64,000 nt of DNA from an uncultured Chloroflexota bacterium (GCA_913051185.1 CAJXBM010000002.1:1166-65165); one strand, 5' to 3'; shown: positions 27,388 through 36,658, numbered from the stretch's first letter. Translations and numbers: made by a program. Notes: generated by a model not told the origin, from the sequence alone.

Positions 27388-29001
27388 TCAATCAATCAGC
27401 ACACCTGGATTCAAAATACCCTTCGGATCAACTGCATTTTTTGCTGCTCGAATCATGTCGCCGAATAGATCGGGCCGCTGCTGGTCGTACCACTTCCTAT
27501 GCATTCGACCAACCGCATGATGGTGCGTAATCGTGCCACCAGCCTTAATTATTGCGTCTGATGCCGCTTCCTTAAATGCGATCGATTGAGCTACTGGGTC
27601 ATCACCTGGGAACGCACCCGCGAAAGTATAGTACGGTGCCGGTCCATCAACATAAACATGAGTAAATCGACAATTTAACGTACCACCACCACAAATCTCA
27701 ACGAGGGCTTTGTTCATCTCTGCTCGCACAAATTTATCAAAGTCAGGCCATTTATCCCAAGTAATTGCGGTTTCTACCGTACCTCCAAGAAATCCAAGAC
27801 CCGCCTCTAGTCCGCCACCTTTTGGTATAAACGCATCCCGCCATGCCCCTACCGCACCACCGCGCCCGGTGGGCTCACCATTGCCATCATCAATAAGTAT
27901 GTCTTGATTATCAATAAATCCACCAACTGATCGGGCAATTTCAATAGCCAATGTCATCGAATCACGCTGCGAAATAGTCGCATGTTCAAAGCCAATAATT
28001 AGCAAAGTTTGCGACCCATCCAGCCCAGCAGAGTCTTTCCCTAGCTCGGCATCCAAAAGTCGTAAATTTGCTGGCCAAAGTTTAGCTTGAACTATCTCGC
28101 GAGTGGCCTCATAACCGTCGCGCCAAGACGAAAACAACACCCCCGCGGTAGCTCTATATTTGGGTCTGTCTTGTATCTTCATCCACGCTTCAGTGACCAA
28201 TCCAAGGATTCCTTCGCTACCAAGAATCAATCGCTCAGGTTGCGGTCCAGCACCATCACCTGGAAGTCTTCTGGTCTCTATCCAGCCCTTGGGACTTAGC
28301 ATTTTTACGTTCTCTACAAAATCGTCAATATGTGTATTATTGGTAGCGTAGTGACCGCCAGCACGCGTTACGATCCAACCACCAAGAGTCGATCCAGCAA
28401 AAGATTGAGGAAAATGACGCAGCGTGTATCCATGCGGCCGAAGTTGATCTTCCAGATGAGGTCCGTAGACACCTGCCTGTATCAAAGCTGATCGAGATAC
28501 TGGATCCACCTCAAGTACTTGATCAAATTGATCCATGTCAATTGTAACCACAGGACGGTCATTGTCGGTTGGTGGTGTGATTCCATCCACCACGGAAGAG
28601 CCACCTCCATAGGGGATAGCTATATAGTTCTGCTCATCACACCATTCAAGAATTCCCTCAAGCTCAGAGTTTGTCCTAGGATGGGCAACTATATCTGGTG
28701 GATTAGGGACACCTGTATACACAAAACTCTGCCGCCCCCCACAATTTGCATGCAAGGCTCGCTCATAATTATCTTGAAAGCAAAATTCTGCAAGCACATC
28801 AGGCGGGCTGATTTTTGGACTGGGCAGAACAAGTTCATCGGCCGTTGGAATTTTTGGAGCGTCAATCACTCGGCCGAGTCTCTTGGAAATATCTGAAGCA
28901 CGCTCTTGACGTTGCTCAAGGGTGGGCTGATCCGACTCTAATCCAAAAAGCCACAAACTTCGACGCGGTTTCTCTTTGAATCCAGGACGAACTTCCATCA
29001 A
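27388..29001 (-). CDS. FAD-linked oxidase, alkyl-dihydroxyacetonephosphate synthase (AGPS)-like
   Basis: 537 aa. FAD_binding_4-type AIPYGGGSSVVDG. The C-terminal block ITHHHAVGRMHRKWYDQ...VDPKGILNPGVL resembles the AGPS HHHGVGK..K.W...DP..I.NP motif. Confidence 0.75.
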   Translation of the reverse strand: MMEVRPGFKEKPRRSLWLFGLESDQPTLEQRQERASDISKRLGRVIDAPKIPTADELVLPSPKISPPDVLAEFCFQDNYERALHANCGGRQSFVYTGVPNPPDIVAHPRTNSELEGILEWCDEQNYIAIPYGGGSSVVDGITPPTDNDRPVVTIDMDQFDQVLEVDPVSRSALIQAGVYGPHLEDQLRPHGYTLRHFPQSFAGSTLGGWIVTRAGGHYATNNTHIDDFVENVKMLSPKGWIETRRLPGDGAGPQPERLILGSEGILGLVTEAWMKIQDRPKYRATAGVLFSSWRDGYEATREIVQAKLWPANLRLLDAELGKDSAGLDGSQTLLIIGFEHATISQRDSMTLAIEIARSVGGFIDNQDILIDDGNGEPTGRGGAVGAWRDAFIPKGGGLEAGLGFLGGTVETAITWDKWPDFDKFVRAEMNKALVEICGGGTLNCRFTHVYVDGPAPYYTFAGAFPGDDPVAQSIAFKEAASDAIIKAGGTITHHHAVGRMHRKWYDQQRPDLFGDMIRAAKNAVDPKGILNPGVLID

Positions 29002-29088
29002 TATCTCGCAATCTAATTCTAATTACTCATTTAAAATCCCATTCAGATTCATACTACTGAATTGACAGAGATCGTTAGATAGACTCCA

Positions 29089-29682
29089 CTATAACTGTTC
29101 TGAAACTAAGAAGTTACGGGTTGTTAGCTGCAGTAGATGAATTTCTCTTCCATCAGATAAGAGCTCTCCAATTTGAAAATTCAAGATCGCCAGTGCAACC
29201 TCTGAAAGGGAGTAAGAAGCATCTCGACTCAACTCTGAAATAGCGCCCAATCGAACATTTCTCTGTACTTTTCTAGGTTCGATCTTATCTGCCACAAACA
29301 TCGCCCAAGCTGACTTAGAGAATGTAGGGTGCCCATATGTGTGATAGCGGACAGCCTGTAGAACATCTTTTGAGTCTATGTCAAAAGACTCCTTCAAAAT
29401 TCTTGCCCCGATAGGGCCGTGCAATAAAACTGGATATCGTCGCTCCAAATCAGACACCAGCATACCCATCTCCTTGGCACAGTTTAGCCATTCTTCGTCA
29501 CTAAAATGCCTGCAGATATCATGGGCAAATCCCATTAAGACTGCCATCTCAGGAGCATCGCCACGCATTGACATCAGGTCGCCAGCGAGCTCTGCAACTC
29601 GCTCAGAATGCTCATATACCCCCGTAGGCACGGTTGACCCTAGGCGTTCTGTAAACGCGCTTACCATCCCTGACATAGTCAT
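29089..29682 (-). CDS. HD-domain phosphohydrolase (YqeK-like)
   Basis: 197 aa. EHSERVAELAGDL...FAHDICRH (the H...HD metal site) and a later HTYGH. Confidence 0.65.
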   Translation of the reverse strand: MTMSGMVSAFTERLGSTVPTGVYEHSERVAELAGDLMSMRGDAPEMAVLMGFAHDICRHFSDEEWLNCAKEMGMLVSDLERRYPVLLHGPIGARILKESFDIDSKDVLQAVRYHTYGHPTFSKSAWAMFVADKIEPRKVQRNVRLGAISELSRDASYSLSEVALAILNFQIGELLSDGREIHLLQLTTRNFLVSEQL

Positions 29683-29705
29683 TCTAAGACTTTGATCAAG
29701 TGAGC

Positions 29706-30692
29706 TTAGTCTTTACTCTGCTCACGCTCAGTTCGCTCCCGAGCTCTCCGAGCGAGTGGACTCTCATCACGGTCAAGCCTCCCCTTCACTCTTGATTTTG
29801 ACTGACTGTCATATTGTTTTCGCTTTTTCTGATAACTGGAATTCATATCCTTGGTGCCACGTTCAGCGTCTTCCATAGACGCAGCCATTTTCGTTAGTCG
29901 AGCGACACGATCCTCAGTTTTGGGATGAGTAGAAAACATACTTCGTGTATTCATACCTAAAAACGGATTCATTATAAACAGATGAGCTGTAGTTTCCGGG
30001 ACTTTCATAGGTATTCGTTGGGCTCCCATTTCGATCTTCTGTAATGCTGACGCTAAAGCCAGTGGGTCACTGACGAACTCAGCGCCATCAGCATCTGCTT
30101 CATACTCACGCGATCGCGAAATAGCCATCTGTATCATGCCGGCCAATAGAGGAGCCAGTAACAGTGCAATAATATTGCCTCCATTATTCCTGCTACTTCC
30201 TCCAAACCAAAACCCTATAAATCCAATCCAACTGATTGCAGATGCAACCGACGCGGCTATCGTTGATATCAGAATGTCTCGATTAGATACATGTGCCATC
30301 TCATGGCCAATCACTGCTCGAAGTTCTCTTTCAGTGAGTAATTCACGAATACCGTCAGTGACTGCCACCGCAGCATGCTCAGGATTTCTTCCGGTAGCAA
30401 ATGCATTAGGTTGAGGGGAATTCATTAGATAAACACGTGGTTTTGGCATCCCTGCTAATTCAGCAATCTCACTAATCATCTTATGTAATTTTGGCTCTTC
30501 TTCAAGACTTACCTCGTGAGCGCGGGACGCCTTCAGGACTAAGTCAGCCGATTTCCAATAGGATCCTATGTTCAAAGCCAGAGCGAGAATCAGGAAAAGC
30601 AGCGAGCCTTGTATACCGCCTACAGCACCACCTATCACCACCAACAATCCTGAAATTGTTGCCAAAAGAATAGCTGTTTTAAAATTATTCAT
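29706..30692 (-). CDS. htpX: M48 zinc metalloprotease HtpX (ORF extends to 30758; ATG 30692 preferred)
   Basis: HEMAHV zinc motif, four TM segments, STHPKTEDR. GGAG lies 13 nt upstream of ATG 30692. There is a ~60-aa basic C-terminal tail. Confidence 0.88.
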   Translation of the reverse strand: MNNFKTAILLATISGLLVVIGGAVGGIQGSLLFLILALALNIGSYWKSADLVLKASRAHEVSLEEEPKLHKMISEIAELAGMPKPRVYLMNSPQPNAFATGRNPEHAAVAVTDGIRELLTERELRAVIGHEMAHVSNRDILISTIAASVASAISWIGFIGFWFGGSSRNNGGNIIALLLAPLLAGMIQMAISRSREYEADADGAEFVSDPLALASALQKIEMGAQRIPMKVPETTAHLFIMNPFLGMNTRSMFSTHPKTEDRVARLTKMAASMEDAERGTKDMNSSYQKKRKQYDSQSKSRVKGRLDRDESPLARRARERTEREQSKD

Positions 30693-30783
30693 AAAATTGT
30701 GAATCTCCACTACATATCTATCATAACGCGCAATCAAACACGGAAACACACTAGTCAAATTGAAAACTCAACGAATAGGATAC

Positions 30784-30813
30784 AAAAAAAGATGAGGCCT
30801 ATGGCCTCATCTT
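30784..30813 (-). terminator. Rho-independent terminator downstream of the acyl-CoA dehydrogenase gene
   Basis: On the - strand: AAGATGAGGCC-ATA-GGCCTCATCTT (11-bp perfect stem, 3-nt loop) running into a T-run (CTTTTTTTGTA). There is no T-run in the + orientation. Confidence 0.85.
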
Positions 30814-30852
30814 CCTAAACTCTAAAACGCAATCAGTAAAAGAGAATTGAAA

Positions 30853-31968
30853 TTACAAACCTAACTGTTGGGCTACCAACTCGCGATGGTAATCAGCATC
30901 ACCAAAGGCCAGCTCAGCGCGTTTCTGACGCCTGAAATATAGCTGTACCTTATAATCCTTAGTAAACCCAATTCCACCGTGTATCTGTTGACCATGAGCA
31001 ACAACTCGACGAGTTGCCTCAGAACACCACGCCTTAGCCATATTGACAGCCATCGTGGTTTCATCATCTGACTGATCTGTTGCTATAGACCATGCCGCCT
31101 TGTACATGATGAATCGAGATCCATCAACATCGGTGACCATGTCCGCACACTTATGCTGAATAGCCTGGAACGAACCAATCGGCCGTCCAAACTGAACTCG
31201 CTCCTTCGCATAATCAACTGCTATCTCAAAATCCATCTGAGATAGACCAACAAGATATGCACACTCAGCCACCGTATATTTCTGAATAACTGGCTTCAAA
31301 AGATCCCAGCCTGCACCATCGGCACCAAGCAACTGTCCAGACGCATTGTTAAGTACAACTTCGCACTGTTTGTCGCGAGCAATCGTTTGTAACGGAGTAA
31401 CGCTAACGCCGTCCTGATCTGTCGCAACGATCGATAAACACACGCCTGAGCTACTTCTGGCAGCTACCACAAGATAATCGGCCACATGCGCATCAGATAC
31501 GAAAAGTTTAGTGCCATTTAGCGTCACGTCGTTACCTGAGACCGTTGCCTCACACTCAATACCTGATTCGTCAAATCTAGCAGATGGCTCAGTAAGAGCT
31601 AGAGAAAAAATCAAGTCTCCCGAAGCTATTCCTGGTAGGAATTCGCTCTTTTGTGCGTCAGATCCTGCTTCCATAATCGAAACAGCTCCACCAAGCACGC
31701 TAGACATAAATGGACCTGGAACTAGAGCTCGACCGAATTCTTCAAGCAGCACGCACATATCTAAAAAATCAAACCCTACGCCGCCGTGCTCTTCAGGAAT
31801 GAGTAATCCTTGCCAACCTTGTTCGGCCATTTGGCCCCAAAGCTCAGGAGAATAACCCCGTTCGTCCTCTTCCATGTCACGAACATGCTGTTCCGGACAT
31901 TCATTTTCCAAAAATTCACGTGCAGCGTTCTTTAAAAGTTCTTGCTGTTCACTTAGCCCTAGGTCCAT
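30853..31968 (-). CDS. acyl-CoA dehydrogenase family protein (possible non-catalytic partner subunit)
   Basis: 371 aa from ATG 31968, with GGGGA upstream. ACAD fold: LIPEEHGGVGF, QIHGGIGFTKDY. Hand alignment puts F where MCAD has its catalytic Glu in YEGT (LAFGD). Confidence 0.85.
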   Translation of the reverse strand: MDLGLSEQQELLKNAAREFLENECPEQHVRDMEEDERGYSPELWGQMAEQGWQGLLIPEEHGGVGFDFLDMCVLLEEFGRALVPGPFMSSVLGGAVSIMEAGSDAQKSEFLPGIASGDLIFSLALTEPSARFDESGIECEATVSGNDVTLNGTKLFVSDAHVADYLVVAARSSSGVCLSIVATDQDGVSVTPLQTIARDKQCEVVLNNASGQLLGADGAGWDLLKPVIQKYTVAECAYLVGLSQMDFEIAVDYAKERVQFGRPIGSFQAIQHKCADMVTDVDGSRFIMYKAAWSIATDQSDDETTMAVNMAKAWCSEATRRVVAHGQQIHGGIGFTKDYKVQLYFRRQKRAELAFGDADYHRELVAQQLGL

Positions 31969-32182
31969 TTCATCCCCAATCTTTAACAATGACTGAAACT
32001 AATGTTCCAACCAATATAGTTTTAGTTCACCCTCAAATAGCGACAAGCCATATTTAGGAACCACGAGATGGTATCAGGAATTAGCTTAGGCTGCACGACC
32101 GCACGAGGTGCCATCTGCTCTACTAATATTCCCTCACATCCAAGATTTAAGTCCTAAATAAAAACGTCATACTAAGGTCTTC

Positions 32183-33403
32183 CTAACCTCGTGGAAGCCC
32201 CAAACCTCGTGTTGCTATTACATTTCTCTGTATCTCATTCGATCCACTGAAAATCGTGTGAGGAACAGATCCTACATAATCTCTAACGTGGGCCGCATTC
32301 ATTGGTGAATATGCGCTGTCGTCCGCCCAAAGATTCCCGTACAGTCCCCACGCTTTAGTTGAGGTACGCGCTATTCGTTGATGGAGCTCAGAACTATACA
32401 TCTTATTAACCGAGGCCTCATAATTAGGCACCATGCCACTATCTTGTATAGAGACGATTCGAAACGCGAAATTGAACAACACTTCTGTTTCGACCGCACG
32501 ATCAGCTAGTTCCTTACGGACAACACTAAAATCTTGTCGAGTGAATTGCTCTCCCCCACTTGATGTCAAAAAATCTCGTAGATCTTTTTGTCCACGGCGA
32601 TACGAGATTGCATCTGAAATACCCGATCGTTCAAAGTCCAACAAGGTCATGCCAACATACCAACCGCGATCTTCTTCACCTATACGGTTAGTTACTGGGA
32701 CCTTCACGTCCTCAAAAAACGTCTCATTAAAGGGGTGATTCCAACCCATATCAATAATGGGGCGGACAGTTACACCCGGGCTATTGATGTCCAACATTAA
32801 GAATGAAATCCCTCGATGCTTCGGGGCATCTGGGTTAGTTCTCACCAACGTGAATAACCAGTCAGCAAAATGTGCACCAGAGGTCCAAATTTTCTGTCCA
32901 TTGATCACATATTCGTCACCATCACGCAATGCCCTAGTCTGTAATGATGCAAGATCGGATCCAGCGCCCGGTTCCGAATAACCTTGTGCCCATGCAACTT
33001 CACCATTCAGAATACGAGGAAGATGTTCTGCCTTCTGTTCGTCAGAGCCGTGCACGATAAGTGTAGGGCCAAGCATAGACACTCCCATACCACCGACCGA
33101 CGGCGCGTCGGCCTCAGCCATCTCTTGATTGAAAATGAACTGCTCCATAACAGTCAAACCAGCTCCGCCATATTCCTTTGGCCAAGCAGGAGCAACCCAG
33201 CCTTTTTCAGAAAGAGCCCCAGCCCACTTCTCGGCCGCACCTCTCGCAATCGCATCCTCTGACTTACGGTCAGCCTGCCATGCTCCTGAAAGTTCCTCAC
33301 CCTCACCAGAATCTCCCTGATAACGGTCAGGTAGACGTGTCGTTATAAAATTCCGAACGTCATCTCGAAACGTCGACTGAACAGTATTGTCGCTCCAGTC
33401 CAT
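32183..33403 (-). CDS. acyl-CoA dehydrogenase family protein
   Basis: 406 aa from ATG 33403, with GAGGGGAG upstream. WPKEYGGAG, YSEPGAGSDL, and C-terminal IFSGSNEIQRNVIA. LLDFERSG carries a Glu at the IVD/LCAD-type catalytic position. Confidence 0.88.
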   Translation of the reverse strand: MDWSDNTVQSTFRDDVRNFITTRLPDRYQGDSGEGEELSGAWQADRKSEDAIARGAAEKWAGALSEKGWVAPAWPKEYGGAGLTVMEQFIFNQEMAEADAPSVGGMGVSMLGPTLIVHGSDEQKAEHLPRILNGEVAWAQGYSEPGAGSDLASLQTRALRDGDEYVINGQKIWTSGAHFADWLFTLVRTNPDAPKHRGISFLMLDINSPGVTVRPIIDMGWNHPFNETFFEDVKVPVTNRIGEEDRGWYVGMTLLDFERSGISDAISYRRGQKDLRDFLTSSGGEQFTRQDFSVVRKELADRAVETEVLFNFAFRIVSIQDSGMVPNYEASVNKMYSSELHQRIARTSTKAWGLYGNLWADDSAYSPMNAAHVRDYVGSVPHTIFSGSNEIQRNVIATRGLGLPRG

Positions 33404-33463
33404 ACAAAACTCCCCTCTTAACCAATATTTCTCCACACAAGAAGTGAAGATCTACAGTGTACT

Positions 33464-34357
33464 TTATCGGCCGTGCATTGAGTACGCTGCCCGAGCCAAA
33501 TCAGTCAAAACTTGTTGTGCCATTGGAAAGCTCGACCAAGAATTATCTTCACGTCTCGTTAGAATGACCAATATAAAGGGTCCGCGCTCGCCATAAACCA
33601 CTCCGGCATCGTTGGCATACTCTAGTATCAATCCTGTCTTGTGAGCAACTTCCACGTCAGACGGGAGGCCTGCTCTCATGTAATCTTCTATCCGCTGAGT
33701 TAAAAGAAGTTGAAGCATACTCGAACTAGCATCTGATGAAATAAGATCTGACTTATAAATCCTCTCCAGGATCAATGCTTGATCCCGAGCCGTAGTCTGA
33801 AAATAACGTGGACCCGCGACTGTGCCTTGTAGACCCACTTCACGAGCCATTTGATTCACGTTCTCTATTCCAAGATACTCGTGTAATGCCTCAGCCTCAG
33901 GATTTGAAGACCAACTAATAGAACTTCTAATTGCTTCCCCTAATGTAACTATCGTGGGAAAAGCATATCTGTGCTCCTTTGGCGTAAATTCACCATGCCA
34001 TGGCATGACAACAATCTCGTCCATAAATGAGTTATAGCCCAATTCGACTCGGTTATGGAGCTCAATCATTAAAAGCAACTTATAAAGGGACGCAGATGCC
34101 ACAGATTCATCTGCTCGAAGTTCACATCGCGTCCCCTCAACTAAATCAATATAAACATAAGACACCCGCACCTGTGGATTTTGCAAGGCGGCTTCAAAGA
34201 TGGGGTTACATCGTTCGTCTGCTTTTGGTCTTCCAAGCAGCTCAGCATACGTGATTGTACTGAAAATAAAAAAACCTGAGGTCGCTAAAAGTAAACTGAC
34301 CAGAACCAAGCCATATGCGCTGACTTTTTGAATACGCTTTTTAAGTATTGCTGTCAT
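33464..34357 (-). CDS. membrane-anchored class A beta-lactamase-like serine hydrolase
   Basis: 297 aa with an N-terminal signal/anchor helix (LVLVSLLLATSGFFIF). Motifs SxxK (SLYK), SxN (SSN) and KTG (HKTGL) occur in the expected order. Confidence 0.75.
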   Translation of the reverse strand: MTAILKKRIQKVSAYGLVLVSLLLATSGFFIFSTITYAELLGRPKADERCNPIFEAALQNPQVRVSYVYIDLVEGTRCELRADESVASASLYKLLLMIELHNRVELGYNSFMDEIVVMPWHGEFTPKEHRYAFPTIVTLGEAIRSSISWSSNPEAEALHEYLGIENVNQMAREVGLQGTVAGPRYFQTTARDQALILERIYKSDLISSDASSSMLQLLLTQRIEDYMRAGLPSDVEVAHKTGLILEYANDAGVVYGERGPFILVILTRREDNSWSSFPMAQQVLTDLARAAYSMHGR

Positions 34358-35198
34358 CCAAAACTATTCCCCTGGAAAGATCGAGGCTGTCGACGGATCC
34401 CAAATCAATCCCTAACTCAGACTCCAAAGTTTTAGTGTCAATGACGTTACCTTTTTCCAGTTCTTTAGCGAGCTTACCGAGTTCCTCTTCTTTTCTCTCT
34501 TGCATTTCACGAGACAGCTCAAGATCATCTTCCAACATCGACTGAAGAGCTTCCTCAGGTGCATCTGAACCGCCAGGTGTTCGAGCGACGAACGATTCAT
34601 GTAAAGTCGAATAGTTATGCCCTCCAAGAAAATGCAAGGGTGTCGTTTCTGATTTTGGTAAAAATGACTTCCCATCATATATTGCAGTATGTGCTTGTGC
34701 AGACAAAATTAGACCGACAAAGAACAAATGATCTCCAGTCTCAATGCGCTCCACAATTTCACACTCAATCCAGGCACAGCAGTCCGAGATTAACGGCGCT
34801 GCGACACGTCGCCCCGAAAATGTTTCAAGTTGTGTCGCCTCAAACTTATTAACATCCTCTCCTGAAAGCGAGCCTAAGTAACCAACATGATTAGCCAACT
34901 CTTTAGGCGGGATGTTAATGACAAACTCACCAGCATGTGAAAGCATGTCCGTCGAATATCGTGACTGTTCTAGAGCCACACCCACGAGTGGTGGACTTGA
35001 TGATAATGGTGTGTGCCAAGATATTGGAATAACGTTCGATTGTCCACGCCAAGTAGAAGTAACCAAAGCTACGACACCACCAGACAACAATCGATTTGCC
35101 AAAATAGTGTCAATGGCTTGTAGATCATCGCTAGGGGCACTAGACAAGGGAGACCCAAAAGTAGATTCACTCATCAATACATTATTGCATGCTATCAA
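34341..35198 (-). CDS. flavin reductase-like (split-barrel FMN-binding) protein with acidic C-terminal extension
   Basis: 285 aa. VALVTSTWRGQSNVIPISWHTPLSSSPPLVGVAL is typical of the Flavin_Reduct domain. The last ~85 aa are Glu/Asp/Leu-rich. The 3' end overlaps the next gene by 17 nt. Confidence 0.75.
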   Translation of the reverse strand: MIACNNVLMSESTFGSPLSSAPSDDLQAIDTILANRLLSGGVVALVTSTWRGQSNVIPISWHTPLSSSPPLVGVALEQSRYSTDMLSHAGEFVINIPPKELANHVGYLGSLSGEDVNKFEATQLETFSGRRVAAPLISDCCAWIECEIVERIETGDHLFFVGLILSAQAHTAIYDGKSFLPKSETTPLHFLGGHNYSTLHESFVARTPGGSDAPEEALQSMLEDDLELSREMQERKEEELGKLAKELEKGNVIDTKTLESELGIDLGSVDSLDLSRGIVLDDSNT

Positions 35199-35243
35199 TC
35201 ACCACGTGTAAATATCACCATGGACAAGAGCTACCATTAATCT

Positions 35244-35903
35244 ATGTGCCAATCAGAGAATCCTCCGAAATCCAGTGAAGTCATGCCTATTTCTCACCTT
35301 CTAGAAAGTATCGGATTTTCGGATGCGAGTCTGCAATTGGCAGCGAGGCCGGTAATAGAAGCCGCCGGTTATACCAATCCAAGAAAAATTAATATATCTA
35401 CCGATAAAGCCAAGCTCGTAGAAGCCTATATCAAGAACAATTTCAGTCTAGTGTGCTCGCCGGCATGTGCTGCGGCTCTAGGTAAAAAACGGGTGCGAAC
35501 ACAACTGCAAGTCGAGATTAAAAAATGTGAGTTCTGTAATGGCAGTAAGCAAAACAAATTACTCGCAAAAATGGCGAAAGACCTATTCGACCAAAACTTA
35601 GTCGAAATACTCGTGGTAGGTGGGTCGCCTCAATCGGCCAATACATTGAACCGAGTTCTCAAGAATTGCAATATCAATATGAAAGTAATCGAGGGCACCA
35701 AAAGAACTAATTTAAAAACTGCCAAACTTCTCTGTAGAACAGCTGACGTCGTAGTAATTTGGGGTGCAACCCAGCTGGATCATACCGTCTCACAGGTATT
35801 CAGCGCCGCTACAGAGCCGACTAAAAAAGTTCCAGTCGCACGACCCGGACTTAAAGCACTGACCGAGGCCATGAACATTCACCTGGACAACCTTCGCAAA
35901 TAA
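35244..35903 (+). CDS. hypothetical protein, Cys4 cluster plus DUF2325-like C-terminal domain
   Basis: 219 aa. CSPAC...CEFC, then ILVVGGSPQSANTLNRVL...ADVVVIWGATQLDHT, which resembles the DUF2325 pattern (VGG...ADlVv...isH). Confidence 0.5.
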   Translation: MCQSENPPKSSEVMPISHLLESIGFSDASLQLAARPVIEAAGYTNPRKINISTDKAKLVEAYIKNNFSLVCSPACAAALGKKRVRTQLQVEIKKCEFCNGSKQNKLLAKMAKDLFDQNLVEILVVGGSPQSANTLNRVLKNCNINMKVIEGTKRTNLKTAKLLCRTADVVVIWGATQLDHTVSQVFSAATEPTKKVPVARPGLKALTEAMNIHLDNLRK

Positions 35904-35917
35904 TTTTTAGCTCTTTG

Positions 35918-36658
35918 TCAATTAGCGGAACGTCCAATGCGCCTGATCTCCCCAATCTCTCGGTCACTTAAGTCACGCATTTTTCCAGACTTTAGACGAC
36001 CTAACTTAACGGGTCCCATAGACACTCGATGAAGGCGAACTAGCTCGGCCCCAAACCTAGCAAGCATTCTACGAACTATTCGATTTCGTCCCTCATGCAC
36101 AACAATGCGAAATAAATGCAAACCGGAATTCTTAGAAACACCTATATTCTCGGCGACAACTGCCCTCGCAAATCCATCTTCGAGATCTATACCCTCCATC
36201 AGCTGTCGACATTCGACAGATTTTATCGGATTAAGCAAACTGGCTATGTATTCCTTCTGGATGCCAAACTTTGGATGAGATAAATATTGTAGGAGCTTAC
36301 CATCAGTAGAAAGAATCAATAGACCAGATGTATCTCGATCCAGTCGTCCTGCATAACTCAAATTCGATGGATACGTTTCAAGTAAATCAAATATCGTCCG
36401 TCGGTGCCGCTCATCCTGACGACTCACGATGACACCACGCGGCTTATTTATGACCACCGTCAGATCTAGTGGTCTCAGATGCGAGCTGAGCAACTTTCCA
36501 TCAAAGAATATCTCGCAGTTGTTAGGATCTGCCTTATCACCCAATATGGCAGGTTTCCCATCAATTACGATTCGCCCATCCTTGATCAATTTTTCCGCCG
36601 ATCGTCGGGATCCTAGACCTGCTGAACTTAAAATCTTCTGAATTCGTATGGCTGTCAT
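35918..36658 (-). CDS. rluB: RsuA/RluB-family pseudouridine synthase
   Basis: 246 aa. N-terminal S4 domain (RIQKILSSAGLGSRRSAEKLIKDGRI) and catalytic motif GRLDRDTSGLLIL. Confidence 0.85.
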   Translation of the reverse strand: MTAIRIQKILSSAGLGSRRSAEKLIKDGRIVIDGKPAILGDKADPNNCEIFFDGKLLSSHLRPLDLTVVINKPRGVIVSRQDERHRRTIFDLLETYPSNLSYAGRLDRDTSGLLILSTDGKLLQYLSHPKFGIQKEYIASLLNPIKSVECRQLMEGIDLEDGFARAVVAENIGVSKNSGLHLFRIVVHEGRNRIVRRMLARFGAELVRLHRVSMGPVKLGRLKSGKMRDLSDREIGEIRRIGRSAN

